Assembly (NCBI RefSeq): GCF_006345805.1
Contig: NC_042997.1
Span: 17,236,001-17,300,000 of the forward strand
Length of the DNA: 64,000 nucleotides
Reading direction: 5' to 3'
From: Octopus sinensis
Lineage: Eukaryota
In this document: in pieces, positions 26,376-40,330 of the stretch
Layout of the letters: the number at the start of each line of letters is the position of its first letter
Position numbering within the stretch: the first letter of the stretch is position 1
Made by a program: the position numbers and the translations under genes
The notes under the pieces: generated by a model
Told to the model about the DNA's origin: nothing
Database searches by the model: none
What the model saw: only the letters and a program-made list of their open reading frames with translations

Positions 26376-29300
26376 TGCTTATAGATAGAAAGTCAACAAG
26401 ATCAACTCTTCTTTTCATCCTACTGGATCTGATAAAATAAAGTATTAATCAAGTACTAGAGTCAATTTAATATACTTGTAAAGCACTCTAAATGAGAATG
26501 GAATTAGATCAATTGACTAAGACAAATACTAAGAATCATCAGTCTTCCTAACTTCTATTTGATTCAAATCTTTCCTAGAGAGTCCCTCACAAAGTCTTTT
26601 AGAGATATCTCATTTTATCTTCACATTTTCAAAGATCTGTTTCAGAGTTAAATTTACAAGGATGTCTACCAGTGAACAATGAAGTGCCTCATTATTTGCT
26701 ATAGCTTGAAAACCTACTATTGCTGTTCTCATCACTTGTTTGCTACTGAAATATTCATGATAAAACTTTGACCGTTATTCAAAGGCTTAATTCAAGGAAT
26801 AGACTTAATCCGTCACTGAGCTTAACACTGCCACCTGGCATCTTAGATACCTTTAGTGGAGTCCACAATATTGCAAGCATTTCGGCCAGGTCTCTTATTT
26901 GAGGCTACTCTCCTTTCTTCTTACAAGACTTTGAGACCATCTAAGGGGTTATGAGCACTGACACCATCTTGGTTAAAAGTTTTAAAAAGTGATACCCACA
27001 ATATACTTGTGTTTATTCAATCGAATATACAATCCCCTTTTCTAAAAGGAACCTTGTGTATGCTTCATAAAGAAATTACTATTTAATGATCTTTTAACAG
27101 GATATTTACCGCTTTGTTAAAAAAAAAATGAAGGAAGGTTATTTCTAGGCAAAAGTTGGCATCTTCCTTTCATATATTAATCTATATGCATGTACATATG
27201 TGTATGTGTGTGTATGAGTATACACATACCTGTGTGTGGTGGGGTATGAGTGTATGTATGTGTATGCATATCTCATTTTATATCAAACTGTTTAGAATCA
27301 CAAAAATCTTGCAAAATTTTCTCTCAAGTGCAGAAAATTTATGTAAAAGAAAATCACAAAAATATTTAAGACAGTAAAATCAATTTAGAGATACCATCAG
27401 CAGCAATGATAACTATAACAACAGTAATACATCATTAATCATAATTGGGGATAATGGGGATAAGAATGATAGTGTGATAGAGTGGTTGTGGCTATGAGTG
27501 TACTGATGATGATGATGATGATAGGGGTGATGGATTTTGTTATCATTATGGTGATGTTATGGTTATAAATATGATAGCAGTAATGATAATGATGATGATA
27601 ACATTGATAAGAATAATGTTAGTATATGATGCTGATGAGGTTGATACTGAAATTTTTTTTAAATTAGAAAATCTCAGAGATTAACTTAATAGGAAATTTT
27701 ATTTCTAGAAAGTGGAACATAAGTAAATATAATTACTTAGATGGTTGATATGAATAGAAGCAACACTTAGTGATTAGCAAATGTCAGATTTGCTGAGTAG
27801 CTGCATTAGAAGTCAGTAAAAAAGAGAGAAAGGGAGGAGGAGATTCATACTAATATAGACTGCCACATTTATATAGATCATAATTTTAAAAAAGAAAACT
27901 TGCCAAAACTAAAATATGTTTACATGCAGAAGGCTACAACTATGCCAGGTTGCTGAATCTTGAACTGCTATGATGCTAGAAGAACCTGAGCCAATATTTT
28001 AAAATGATTTAATGGAAGTGTAAAGGAATAAAGGAAGGCAAAAAAAGTGATGTTAGAAAAGATATAGATTTTATGAAATAGTGAAACAGGTTTCTAGAAT
28101 TTGTCTTTGATTATCAGGTTAAGAGCATCGAAAAATCATAGCGTCTGCATAAACAATTATCTGTTACATTTTCCCTTCCTGTTTTTTTTAGAACATTTAA
28201 GGGGGGAAAAAATCTAATCATGGAGAAAATGAACCTGCTGGATGTGCAAAGATACTAAATTGTTTCAAGTTAATAAAATTCTGGCACTGTAAAATATAAT
28301 GTTCAAAATAAGGTTGTTACCAGTATATATTTATTTGATCTTTTAATTTAAAAGGTTGTTCAATTGGTATTAGCTAATGAATTCAAAAATACCTTCTCAG
28401 CAAGAAATATTTACTACATAATCAAATTTTTTCTAAGCAATAGATGCAAGTATCAGCAGGTATTTCTTATATATTTTATGATTAAGCTAGTTACTGATTC
28501 AATATCCATCTACGTTACAGGTACTTGCTCTAGTTGAATATTGGCAAATTATCTCAAAATGTTCAATATTTTGAGCTTGCAGAAATAATTTCATTCAAGT
28601 AGGCATAGAAAAAACAAAGTGAATGTGCACAAAATATATTTAGTTTTCTGAACTGGTTTTTGTTAGATGGGTCAAGAAATTGAATTGGGTATCTACTTAT
28701 CCAGCTAGAAAAATGTTTTGTAATGCTTAGTTGACTCTGCAACTTATCTGATGAGATAAAATGCAGAAGTGATTAAGTCATTGGCCTATTGATCAATAGA
28801 TTGAAACTTTAAATCTTACTTCATTTAATTTGTAAAGCACATAATTTTCATTGCTTTTTCTGTTTTAAAAAGTTACTACTGTGTTGCATGAGACATAATA
28901 TCTGTTAACTATAAAATATTTATAACATTTCAGACTAGTACAAGCCATTAAAAAGATTTCAAGGAGAAAATATAAAATCTTAAAATATTGTTATGCTATG
29001 TCAAGTGTGTTCAGGTCACACTGGTCTCTCTCCTTCATGCTTCTATGTCCTCCATTATTTCTGTAACATAGCCTCTTTCAAGGTTTGTGTCATCCAATAA
29101 CTGCTGCACATATGTTCAACAGAATTGGCTTTTTATATTTTTACCATGTAGCTTTTCCAGTAGTAACAGTTGACATACAACCTCATCTATTCTTCACCAA
29201 CAAATATTATTTCTTACTAATCATGAAAGCTGAGATTGTTTACAGAAAGAAAGAACAAAAAGGTATATAACTTAATATTGTAAGCAAAACAAAAATTCTA

Positions 29301-29970
29301 TAAATATGAATCAAAACTTGGTTAAAGATTTTACTTGCCAGGAACATACTTCTACTTTACATTACTCAGTAAACATTTTTCTGTGCTTCCTATTCTTTTT
29401 TTATTTGAAGTTATATTTCTATGAATGTTAATTCATTTGCCACATTTTTAGTTAACAACATGCAATTTCATATTGTTTGTTGCTTGAATGTACTTGAGAA
29501 CAAAACCCAATGATTGATAATTAAGACTAATGTTAGTTGTGAACCACCAAGGAATTTGTGGAGAATTAACTCTATTATTGGCAAATTATCTCAAAATGTT
29601 CACATTATTTTCATTGGTAACAAAATATATAGACAAACAAACAAAAAAGAATAACATCTCCAAACTGGTAACATTTGTCCATATAAACTAAATAAACTAT
29701 TAGAGTATATTTTTCAGATTATTATTCCTTTTCCTATCAATTTCTTTTTCTCCCACCCTCTCCTTTTCTTGTTCTTCCTCTTTATTTTTGTGTATATGAG
29801 AGGATTGTGTATGTCAGCATTCTGTAAATGCATAGTGACACATGCATACATATACCATGTCTTTTCTATATAATACATATGAGTAGAAATTTGCATGCAC
29901 ACACACACATATGCATATATATATATATATACACACATATATATATACATACATACATATACATACATAT

Positions 29971-30013
<43 letters not shown>

Positions 30014-30043
30014 AATATATATATATACTTATTCTTTTATTCT

Positions 30044-30303
30044 TTGATGATGGAGTGTTTCTGCACAGTAGAAGTGACGGGAAACTGTTCAATCTCTCGC
30101 ACCTGCATGCCAAGACCAAAATCGGTGGCACATAAAAAGCACCCACTACACACATGGAGTTGTTGGTGTTAGGAAAGGCATCCAGCTGTAGAAGCACTGC
30201 CAGATCAGACTGGAGCCTGGTGCAGCCTCCTGGCTTCCCAGACCCCAGTTGAACTGTCCAAACCATGCTAGCATGGAAAACAGACGTTAACCGATGATGA
30301 TGA
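30044..30303 (+). mobile_element. Chimeric relic: BovB-like RT fragment fused to RTE 3' tail
   Basis: 30044-30123 encodes DDGVFLHSRSDGKLFNLSHLHAKTKI. 30123-30303 matches the RTE tail at 19370-19528. Confidence 0.75.
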
Positions 30304-32874
30304 TACATATATTCACATACACACACATACATACGCACACACACATATATATATATCACATATACATATATATATGTAAATGTATATATATCTCACACAT
30401 ATATATGTATATGTGCATGTATGTATGTATAAGCACTCAGTGAGCGTGACACACTGATATTTATATACGGAAAGAACCCATTTTGCTCACTTACTTTGAG
30501 AATAATATCAGCATAATGCATTTCTTCTACACTCTACTTATATTTTCTCCAAAAATAACATTATCAAATGCAAAGGTTTGAGGCTAAAGCAAATGGTGAG
30601 TTTTAAAATAAAATATATTCATAAATTGTATAGTGAATTCCCAAAGGGTTTTTCGATTGCATTGCTACGAATATTGATCTTGCTGCTGAAGGCCAAGCCA
30701 CATCAATTCATCAGTTCTTTCTCTCTTGCTTTTTAACGTTACTCTTTCAAAGGAAAGGAAAAAAAATTACGAAGGTAAAAACAACAGAAACAAAATGGAG
30801 GATCAAATTTGCAAAGGAAGGGAGAACTGAAAACAACTTGTAGTTTAAAGCATGAGGAAAATTTGCATCAAGCTCCAATCCAGTGTGCTTAGTAGAATAC
30901 AAAATAACACCTTTGTTTTTTTTTTGTTGATGTTGGGTTTTTATTTTGTTATCTAGAGTATATTTTCCTCTTTCATTCATGATCAAGAATTTTTTCTTTT
31001 ATTTATTCTCATCAGTAGCTGAGAGGCATATAAAATGGTGCCATGTGGTCTGTGGCTCAGATATATTTTGTTGTGTTTTCTCTGAGTTTGCTTATTACTT
31101 TTGTATTGAATTTTTCTGCTATTGAATACCTGATCAATACTGAAGGAAAATAAATAAATGTTTCTTATTTTAAGGTAGTCTCAAAAAATGTAAATATAGA
31201 GATTTCAAAAAGGTAACAATGACAACAACAATAACAACAGTACCAACAATAAGGACGAAAGAATGGTGGCAATGATGATGATGGTACTGATGATGATAAT
31301 TGTGATGATGAGTATGATACAAATAGAAAATTAACCATGTTTGAAAACATAAGAAATGCTATCACTTGTATGCTTAATATTTTGTGCAATTTTCCAAACT
31401 TATTGACTTATCATAAGTAAAAGTATATGCAGTAACTTTCAAATACCATACCAAAGGAAGTCTCTGTGTATTTTGGTAACTATGTATTATATATTATGTA
31501 TTATACATATCATAATGACTATGGTTGCTTTGATATATTTTGGTAACTATGGTGGCTGTGAATGCAATAATACTGAATAATATCGAATAATAATGTATTG
31601 AATGAGCAGGAAATTGAAATAAACTATTTAAGCCACATTGCTGACCTTAAAGAAAGAACTTACACTTAAAATAAATAGCTACAAAAGATAGCAATCTGTA
31701 GTATTCATGAAAAGTTTACATTTTACAACAAAACTGACATATTTAATGGCTTCAAATAATGAATGATTATTGATTATAAACAATTAGAATAAGATTTTTA
31801 AATTGAAATTGGAACAATTTCCTTTCTATCCATTCTGAAAGCACACTCTATTGATTATTGCAGTGAGTAGGTTTGGGACTGTATGCCGCCATCTCTCATG
31901 CATTCTAGTAACAGCAGACAATTCTATTTTGACTTCCAGCAATATTGATTCTAACTTGCTAAATTCTAAAAAAGAAACAAAAATCAACAATAAAGAAAGA
32001 AAAAAGAAGTTGACAAGGAGATGGATGTTTCCTTCTATTACCAGGTAAAAGTGTGGACAATTTGTTACAAAAACAAGCCTGTTAGATTTACTTGAATTGC
32101 AAGTAGGAAATCAAATGGGAGTGGGGCAGTGAAAGTTTTCACTTTGCTACATAATGGTATTGTCATCTCTTAACTCTATTGCACTTCATCTAGTGTGAAC
32201 ACTCTAGCTAACTGTTAGGAAACAGTATTAATTGCATGATAAGCTCAATAATCAAAACATCAAGACACAAACTTCCACCAAATTTAAATGTCTGATATTA
32301 TGTTGTTAAATTAATCATTAATCTAAAATAGAAAATAAGAAAATAGACATTTAATTTGTATCACAGTCTAATCTTATTTCCATCAAGAAGTTTCACACTT
32401 TTCACTAAAGCTACTTTTGCTTGGCAGCCTTTAACTTTCTTTGCATTTTAACTCATTCAAACCAAATTAGTTTCTTTCTATGAGAAGGTTAGAACACATA
32501 CATTTTATAATTTATTTACCTTTAATACTTCATGACCAAGTTTTGTTTTTCTTGTGAAGTATAATTTATTTAAGTGTTTAATTACTTATGCTTTGAACAG
32601 GAATGTAAACAGCAAGGTAATTTCATAGAACTTACAAGTCTAAGATATCATAATTAAAGATTACTGCTATAAAATAACCAATAGAAATTTTTGTCAGAGT
32701 AGTAGACAAAATGCCTTGTTTCGTTTTTGCATGTTCTTTGCAATAATCTTTACGTGAATTCGTGTGTTGAAGCATATTTTATTGTGTCTAGGGAAATACA
32801 CATAGAAGGCATCATATCCCAATACCCACAGTTTATATATGCACAGACAGTGTTGTTTGTAGGCCGTTATGTAG

Positions 32875-32910
<36 letters not shown>

Positions 32911-33028
32911 GTATGTATGTATGTATGTGTATATGTGTATATATGAGGATATGTATATGGACAGACATACAGATGGATAGGTACATAGGAAATATGGACA
33001 GATGAACGCATACACACGTGCACACATG

Positions 33029-33076
<48 letters not shown>

Positions 33077-33123
33077 TATGCACACACATACATGCTGGGC
33101 ACATACATACAAATGTGCACACA

Positions 33124-33168
<45 letters not shown>

Positions 33169-33869
33169 ATACACATACACACATACATGCCTACACATAC
33201 CTACATACATACATGCATATATGTATGCACATGCACACTAATGCACATGCATGCATACAAAAAAAAGAATGCAATTCTGATAATGGGCAGAATCAATGAC
33301 TATTGAAAATTTTAGTAAAAAATAATTAATGAGTGGAAATCAGACCAGTGAGTGTGTTAAATTAATAAGGCACTAAAAGAGAATGACTCCCCCAGACACA
33401 ATAAAAAATACCTTGTGGTATTTAGTTACAGCTCTTTACAGCCTGACTGTATATCCTTTTAAAATCGATTTGCTTTTCATCCTTCTAGTACTAATCAGAT
33501 ATTGGGGTTGTTACAATTGACTGCACCCTCTCACACAAATTTTTAACCTTGTGCCTGAATCGTAGTTATAACTTGAGAGTAAATTGTTCTTTTGCTAGGC
33601 AGAAGGCCAGTTTTCTTATAATCTATTGAACTGAGCCTGTTGTATGAATGGTAATATATCTAACAAATTCTACAAAATATCCTTGCAGGATATTCTCAAA
33701 ATGCTACTGGGTAAAAGTAATTGCTATGAAATATTTACTCTATTAATCTAACATTACTGCTAACTTCCACACATCATATATTTTCATTTATTTTTATATT
33801 GCACTTTGTGAAATATAATATTACACTCACACACATGTACACATACTGACATATGTATCCAAACACACA

Positions 33870-34030
33870 CATATTTGCATGTTGGACTCTGTACAGCTTC
33901 TGTTACACAAATTCTACTTATATGGTATTGACCAAGCTGAGGCAAGGATAAAAGACATTTGCTTGAAGTGTTATATTGTAGGTCTGAGGCAAGAATAATG
34001 CTGACATAAAGCAAATTTTATAACTATACT
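33870..34030 (-). mobile_element. Degenerate SINE S2 head
   Basis: cagcttctgttacacaaattc...aagacatttgcttgaagtg is similar to the reverse complement of S2. Confidence 0.5.
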
Positions 34031-34139
34031 GCCTACGTTTGTCTATTTCATAGTCTATTTTTATTAAACATTTTCTATATTCATTCTTAATTGCAATATT
34101 TGTATATCTATGTTACTCATTTCTGTAACTTAATAAACA

Positions 34140-34350
34140 AGAGGCAGAATCATTATAGCATTAGCTAAAATGGACTGTAGCATTTGATCTGGCTTGCTAC
34201 ATTCTGAATTCAAATCCCAATGAGGTCAACTTTGTCTTTCATTTATCCAGGTCAACAAAATAATGTATCTATCAAATATTGGGGTTGATTTAATTGACTA
34301 CTCCATCTCCACAAAACTGCAGGGCTTGTGCTTCAATCAGAAATCATTAT
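34140..34350 (+). mobile_element. Degenerate SINE S1
   Basis: ggcagaatcatt...ttctgaattcaaatccc..gaggtcaactttg...ggggttgatttaattgact. Confidence 0.7.
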
Positions 34351-36030
34351 TTAATAATGAATCATGTTGTTTTATTGCATCATTTCACATTGTCACTGAA
34401 AAAAATTGTGATGGTTGAGTTGACACTGTGTAATCTTTTGACTGATGAATCACAAATTTACATCCTGTTTCTTTGCTCTGTATTAATCATTGATTTCCTT
34501 CTACCATACTTACTGCCATTAGAGAAAGCATGTAAGAGAAAAATTTGCTTAGCAGAAGATCACCTAATTTATCAGTAAGTGATACATAGTAGATGGTTTA
34601 AGGAACTAAAAGCAAAATAATTTTATTTCAGCTTTCTCTACATAGGCTACATAACTTTGTCTTACAACAAGTATTTCATAACAATTGTATAGATGTAATT
34701 ATCAATATTAAGAAATCCTCCTTTTCTTCCTCCTTAGCACCACCACTACCATCATCACCATCATTATGTATTCAAGAGGTTTGCTATACAACTACATGGT
34801 TTTGGGTTCAGTTGCACTGTATGACAACCTAGAGTCTTCTGATCTAACTCCATGCCAAGTAATATCTTGTGAGCTTGGTAGACAGAAACTGCAGAAAGCC
34901 TACCTATGTTTTATATATATATAAGTTATAAATGACAAATAAATAGGATGATGGAAATTTATTTAATAATAAGAAAATTCAAATATCAAGACAAATTGTT
35001 TCATAATTTAAAACATGTGAAGATTATTTATATTACTATATTTAATAATAAATATATTATTTTTATTTCGTTTTTGGATTTGGTTTGCAAGATTTTTATT
35101 CGAGTTCATGTGTTGAAGCATATTCTGTTGTGTCTGAGGAGAGTCATTTTCTTTTTGTGCCTTATAATGTAATACACTCACCTGTAAAATTTCCACTTAT
35201 TTCTTATTTTTATTTTCCTAAAATTTTTGTTGCATCTTGCAACCTTTTCAGTAGTTTTGACTCTGTCCGTTATTTACACTGCATTCCATTTTGTTTGTTT
35301 GTGCGCATGTGTGTGGGTCAGTGTGTGTGTGTGCCTATGCATGCATGTACATATGTATGTGTGTATGTATGTATGCATGTGTATGTATGTATATATGCAT
35401 GTGTATGTATATGGATATATGTATGTATGTGTGTATCTGTTTGTATGTATCCTGCATATTCATGTGCTTGCATGTCTGTGTTTATGTATTTTCTATGTAT
35501 GTGTGTGTGTGAGCATGTGTTTGTATATGTATGTACCTCTGTCTTCTTGTGTGTGTATGTCTGTGTGTGTTATGCAACTATGTACTATGTTTGTATGTAT
35601 GGATGTTCATCTCTATATGTATGGATCCATGTCTCCATATGTGACCTTGTGCAGAGTAAAGTGTGTGTATATATGGTCATGTGTTTCAATCTCCATTTGT
35701 GTATGTGTGTTTGCTTGTTCTTATAACCTATGTACCTAGCCGTCTGTATGTTGATCTGTTTATTTTCATATCCATATGATTACATACAAAAAAATAAATA
35801 AATAAATAAAAATAATTAAAAATTATAATTTTTTATTATTTATTATTATTTTTTATTTATTTATTTATTTATTTGTATGTAAGTTCAGTCTGAAGACTTC
35901 ACTAGAGTGGATGCAAGCGCTAATATATGATTTATAAAAACATGTGACATATTAATAAATATCTGTAAATATAAAACCATCTAGATTTCTGAGTACCTTA
36001 TTTCTTCTACTTGTACATCATCTCCAAACC

Positions 36031-36111
<81 letters not shown>

Positions 36112-36209
36112 AGGACTGATTTACTCAATGTACTGTTTCCTTATTTAAGATAGTAGAGTGTGACTCAAGGTGGACATTATCGTAGATTGAAAACCATGCA
36201 GGGGCTACT

Positions 36210-36370
36210 TAGACATGGGTGTGTAGTTAAGTTGTTTGTATACTCATTACATGGTTTTAGCTTCAGTTCCACTGCATGACATCTCAGGCAAGTGTCTTTT
36301 ACTATGGTCCTGGGCTGACTAAAGCCTTGTGAATGGATTTGGTAAGTGGAAACTGAAAGAAGCCTTCCAC
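36210..36370 (+). mobile_element. SINE S2 head/core
   Basis: ggcaagtgtcttttactatggtcctgggctgactaaagccttgtgaatggatttggtaagtggaaactgaaagaagcc. Confidence 0.8.
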
Positions 36371-36484
36371 ACACACGTATAATGTATATATAATGTGTTT
36401 ATGTGTGTATATATATATATGTATATGTATATGTATATATATATATGTATGTATATATATACATATATGTGTGTGCTGGGAGAG

Positions 36485-36729
36485 AAGCAATCACCCATGC
36501 ATACTTGTCTCCCCTCTCCATGCCATCATTGTTGTCCAAGGGAAAGGCAAAGCCTGATACACCCTAACATCAGTGACATTGTAATTCATTTCTACAGCAG
36601 AGTGAACTGGGACAATGTGAAATAAATTGCCTTGCTCAAGAACACAACACACAGCCTGGTCTGGGAATCAAACCCACAACCACACATTTGTAAGCCCAAT
36701 GCTATAAACACAGAACCATTTGCCTTCAC
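36485..36729 (-). mobile_element. Third tRNA-type SINE (S3)
   Basis: Minus strand reads gtgaaggc...gggtttgattccc (B-box-like)...gtgttcttgagcaag...ccagttcactctgctgtagaaatg. Confidence 0.65.
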
Positions 36730-38033
36730 ACACACACACACACACACATTAACATATTGGGTGCAGATCATGTTCTAAAGTCCCAATGTAAATTTTAAAG
36801 CCTTGATGACTTAGTAAATGGCAGGATACATTCTTCATTTCTAAAGTTAAATACTCTTTTGTTTATGTAATTTTAAAAAATAATTCGATCCAAATTTATG
36901 TAATCTTGTCCAGAATCTTAATGAGAACAGCTGATCTGTTCTCATTCAAAATTAGACTGCTTTAATGCCATCAAAGTTCAGTTCTTTTATTATATTTACA
37001 ACACTTTTGGATAAATGAAACAATGCAGAAATTTGAAGTAGTTGTGTTTAGTGCTCAGACAGCAATCTATGATAGCTGGAGAATATTGAATTTTGAATAT
37101 ATAGTGATATATCATCTTGAAGTTGTGTCATTAGTATTGTTTTTGACATCCTTGTAATTTTCCTGATTGTCATCTTCATCATAGTAATTTCTAACATCAT
37201 TATTATTGATTTCTTACATTGGTACAAAATTTTCAAAGGAGTTTAACACTAAATTTTTCACAATCAAAAGGATCAATCTTAATACATATCTGCTGCTTGT
37301 TTTCCCAGGTGGCAAGGTCGTATCCAGTGATACTTGAATTCAAAATGAAACTAAATAGTGTAAGGTATTAAGTCCAAAACTATATTTATTCTATGAATCT
37401 TCCATTTTCTTGATACAGATATAGATTCTGTTGCTTTTAAAATCAAGCATTTGTGGAGATTTAAAAAAATAATTTTTTTATTTACTGGTATATTAACTCT
37501 TAACATATTATTGAAAGTTTTGTAAGTGAAATGCAAAGTCCAACAATGATTCCATTACAGAACAGAAATGAAGAATAGAGGAGAAAATTTCTCCTTTACA
37601 TTTGAGAGCTCTTCATGTCCTTCAAAATGAATGTAAAAAAATGTTAGTACATTTCAAGATTAGATAACTGATACTGTTTGTCTAGCAGTGTGTCATGCAG
37701 GAAGTAAGAATTAAGCTGGTATATAGTACGACTTAGCAAAATACAAATGCTTATTAACTTAAATGTGACATTACCTTTAGAGTAGTAATAATTTCTAATA
37801 TAGACACATAACTACATAGATTGTGAAAGGAATATCTACTTAACTAGAACATATTTTAACAAACCCAGAAGTATGAAAGGCAAATAGCTTTGAAAGAATT
37901 TGAACTTAGAATGTAAAAGTATGTAACTAAAACATCATAAGGCATTTTTTCCAGTACTCTAACAATTCTGCTATCCACTGCTCTTTGTTTGTGTAATAAT
38001 AACGACATTTTGATTGAGGATATTTATTAAATA

Positions 38034-38433
38034 CTAGCAGTATCGCCTGGCGTTGCTTGGGTTTGTAAGGGAAATAACTATATAAGCATTTTTAGAGAGT
38101 TATAGCCAAAATATAGCAAAAAATGCATTAAAAATGGAAAAAGAATTATGGTAAATTTTTTTTTTAAATCGTTGACTCATCGGAGACATTTTTAGAGAGT
38201 TACTTCCCTTATATAATAGCGAAAAAAAATGCATTAAAATGGAAAAAAATGATGGTAAATTTTTTTTTAAATCGTAGACTCATCGTAGACGCGCGCTAAT
38301 ACCCAGAAGGGCTCGATATGAATCACGACTATAAGATACCCGGTTTTGGTTAAACTGCACCGCAAAATGTGGGAGTAGTTAGGAATCTAAATCCTAGGAG
38401 ACAGACACACAACTTGACTTTTATATATAAAGA
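38034..38433 (-). mobile_element. Non-autonomous Helitron (400 bp)
   Basis: Minus strand reads A|TCTTTATATATAAAAG...acccaagcaacgccaggcgatactgCTAG|T: 5'-TC, 3'-CTAG, subterminal GC-rich hairpin, A/T target, no TSD. Contains an internal ~100-bp tandem duplication. Confidence 0.9.
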
Positions 38434-38904
38434 TATACACTTTCAAATCTCCTAGTTTAATATTGAAAAGTTTAAAAGCTGATAATTTACTGTTTCAGTT
38501 ATATGGGCAGTTACACTAACGCCATCATTATTATCACCACTGTTACTATACTTGCTTTCATCACCAGTATCCCCATATTGTCCAATGGTTTGAGATATAA
38601 CAATTTATAACATTTCATCTAAATCTGGTAATAGTTACCACTTGTTTCTTCTATCCTTTAAACAGTTCTTTTCAATACAAATCAACCCATTTGCAATTTC
38701 TCCTTTCATATAATAATTTTTTATTGATTCAAATAAAAGCTGCCACAAAAGACAACAAAAAAAACTCGTTTTCTTCTTCCTCTTTAGTGCAAAATCTGAA
38801 GTACCTCATTGATTTCTTTTTTTTTTTAAATTCTGTCTATTCTGAGGTCTGAAATTTAATTATCAAAAAAAAAAAAAAAAAAAACACACACACATACATG
38901 AATG

Positions 38905-39880
38905 TAAGTTCTTTTCTACTTTTAATTATTTGAATTCTTTCTGTTGGAAAAGAACTAGTTTCTAACAAAGCTTCAAAGTTCCAACAGTTGAGTGTGGATA
39001 ACAATGTCACTTGTTAAACTTCTGTTTAAAGATGGTTTTGCTGGTGGATTTCTTTTGATGCAAACCCTAGCTCTTCCTTTTTATCTTATTCCTTCTTCTT
39101 TTCCTTCTTTATCCTATTCCTTCTCATTTTCTTTTACCCACCTCACCATTACCACTGCCACCACTATCACAGATGTGGCAAGAGAAGAATATTTTTAGCA
39201 AATCAAACCTCTAAAGAGAGTTCTTTTCATTAAGATACACCTGACTGGGGTGCAAAAGTATTATTTCTGGAATTTTCCATGACATAATCGCACCAAATAT
39301 TCAGCCTCTGTTATACAACGCATTTCAAATATAGGAAAAGAGACACTTGTCAAAGATCTTTAGATCCTCAAAAAGAGTAAATGTGCACTTCAGTTCTGTC
39401 TATGACAGTTGCATGTATACTTTCTACAACAAAAGACTTTATCATTGACTTAGTCATTCATGACAGTTCCCTAAATCTGAAAATTTTGTCTCTGAATCAG
39501 TTATGTGTAACCTAAAGTTGCTGATTAATGACCTCAAGGATATGATATTGTCGGTATCAGTTAAATTGTAAATTAAATTCACTATTCAAGAAATACTGGG
39601 AATTAGAAATGTTGAGTGTGAATAACAATGTCACTTGTTAAACTTCTGTTTAAAGATGGTTTTGCTGGTGGATTTCTTTTGATGCAAACCCTAGCTCTTC
39701 CAGATTATCACTTAGGATTTTACTAACAAAACCTAGAGAACAAATTATTTTGGTATAAATGTGAATTTATAATCTGGGTTTGGATGCTGAAAGTTATCCT
39801 CTTTCTCTTTGACATTGAAGAGATATTCATAGCTGTAGGGCAGCTGACCTCTATAACACTACATGTTTTGATGACATCTT
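38905..39880 (-). mobile_element. Decayed RLE LINE 3' end (same group as 12028-13423), interrupted by a templated insertion
   Basis: Minus strand KTCSVIEVSCP...VKEKEDN...PDYKFTFIPKIICSLGFV...NLEELGF. The 3' UTR motif gtttctaacaaagcttcaaagttcc resembles 12074-12100. Confidence 0.7.
38987..39701. repeat. A-B-A duplication: 91-bp direct repeats (38987-39077, 39611-39701) around a 537-bp copy of 41280-41816
   Basis: Direct comparison by eye: 1 mismatch between the A copies and about 5 between the B copies. Confidence 0.95.
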
Positions 39881-40084
39881 TGGGAAGCTGCTGATCAAGT
39901 TTCCAGTTGTTGTCAGGGTCTTATGAGTTCCAATATCTATGCAGTGGATTTCCTCTTCAGACCAGTCAAGTATTCCAAGTGATGGCATTAACACTGGTAT
40001 TGAAAATGCAATTTGGGATGTGTGTGTGTGTGTGTGGTTGTGTGGATCTCCATCATTTGAGGATGAGGATTCATTTGTTAACCT

Positions 40085-40330
40085 GCTCCTGAATTAATGT
40101 GTAAGTGACTAAGCATTCCACAAATACATGTACCTTTCACATAATTCTGACAAGGTTCTTTTGAATTGGGCTTCTATACACTTTCTGTCCACCGAATTTT
40201 ACTAACAAAATATACATCAATATAAGACTATAGAAAAATGACATTTGCTCAAGATGCCATCCAGTGGAATTGAATCAAAGAACTTGCAGTTGCCAAACAA
40301 ACTTCCTAACCATTCAGCAACTGGGCGTTC
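40085..40330 (-). mobile_element. Degenerate SINE S2 with alternative tail
   Basis: Same layout as 3530-3858. Confidence 0.55.

Noticed and set aside
27625-27680. CUGAUGA-GGU(UGAU)ACU-GAAA hammerhead-like string with an AU-rich stem III and AUC triplet
   Set aside because: Stem I cannot form, and the motif arises at the edge of a degenerate (GAT)n tract; probably chance.
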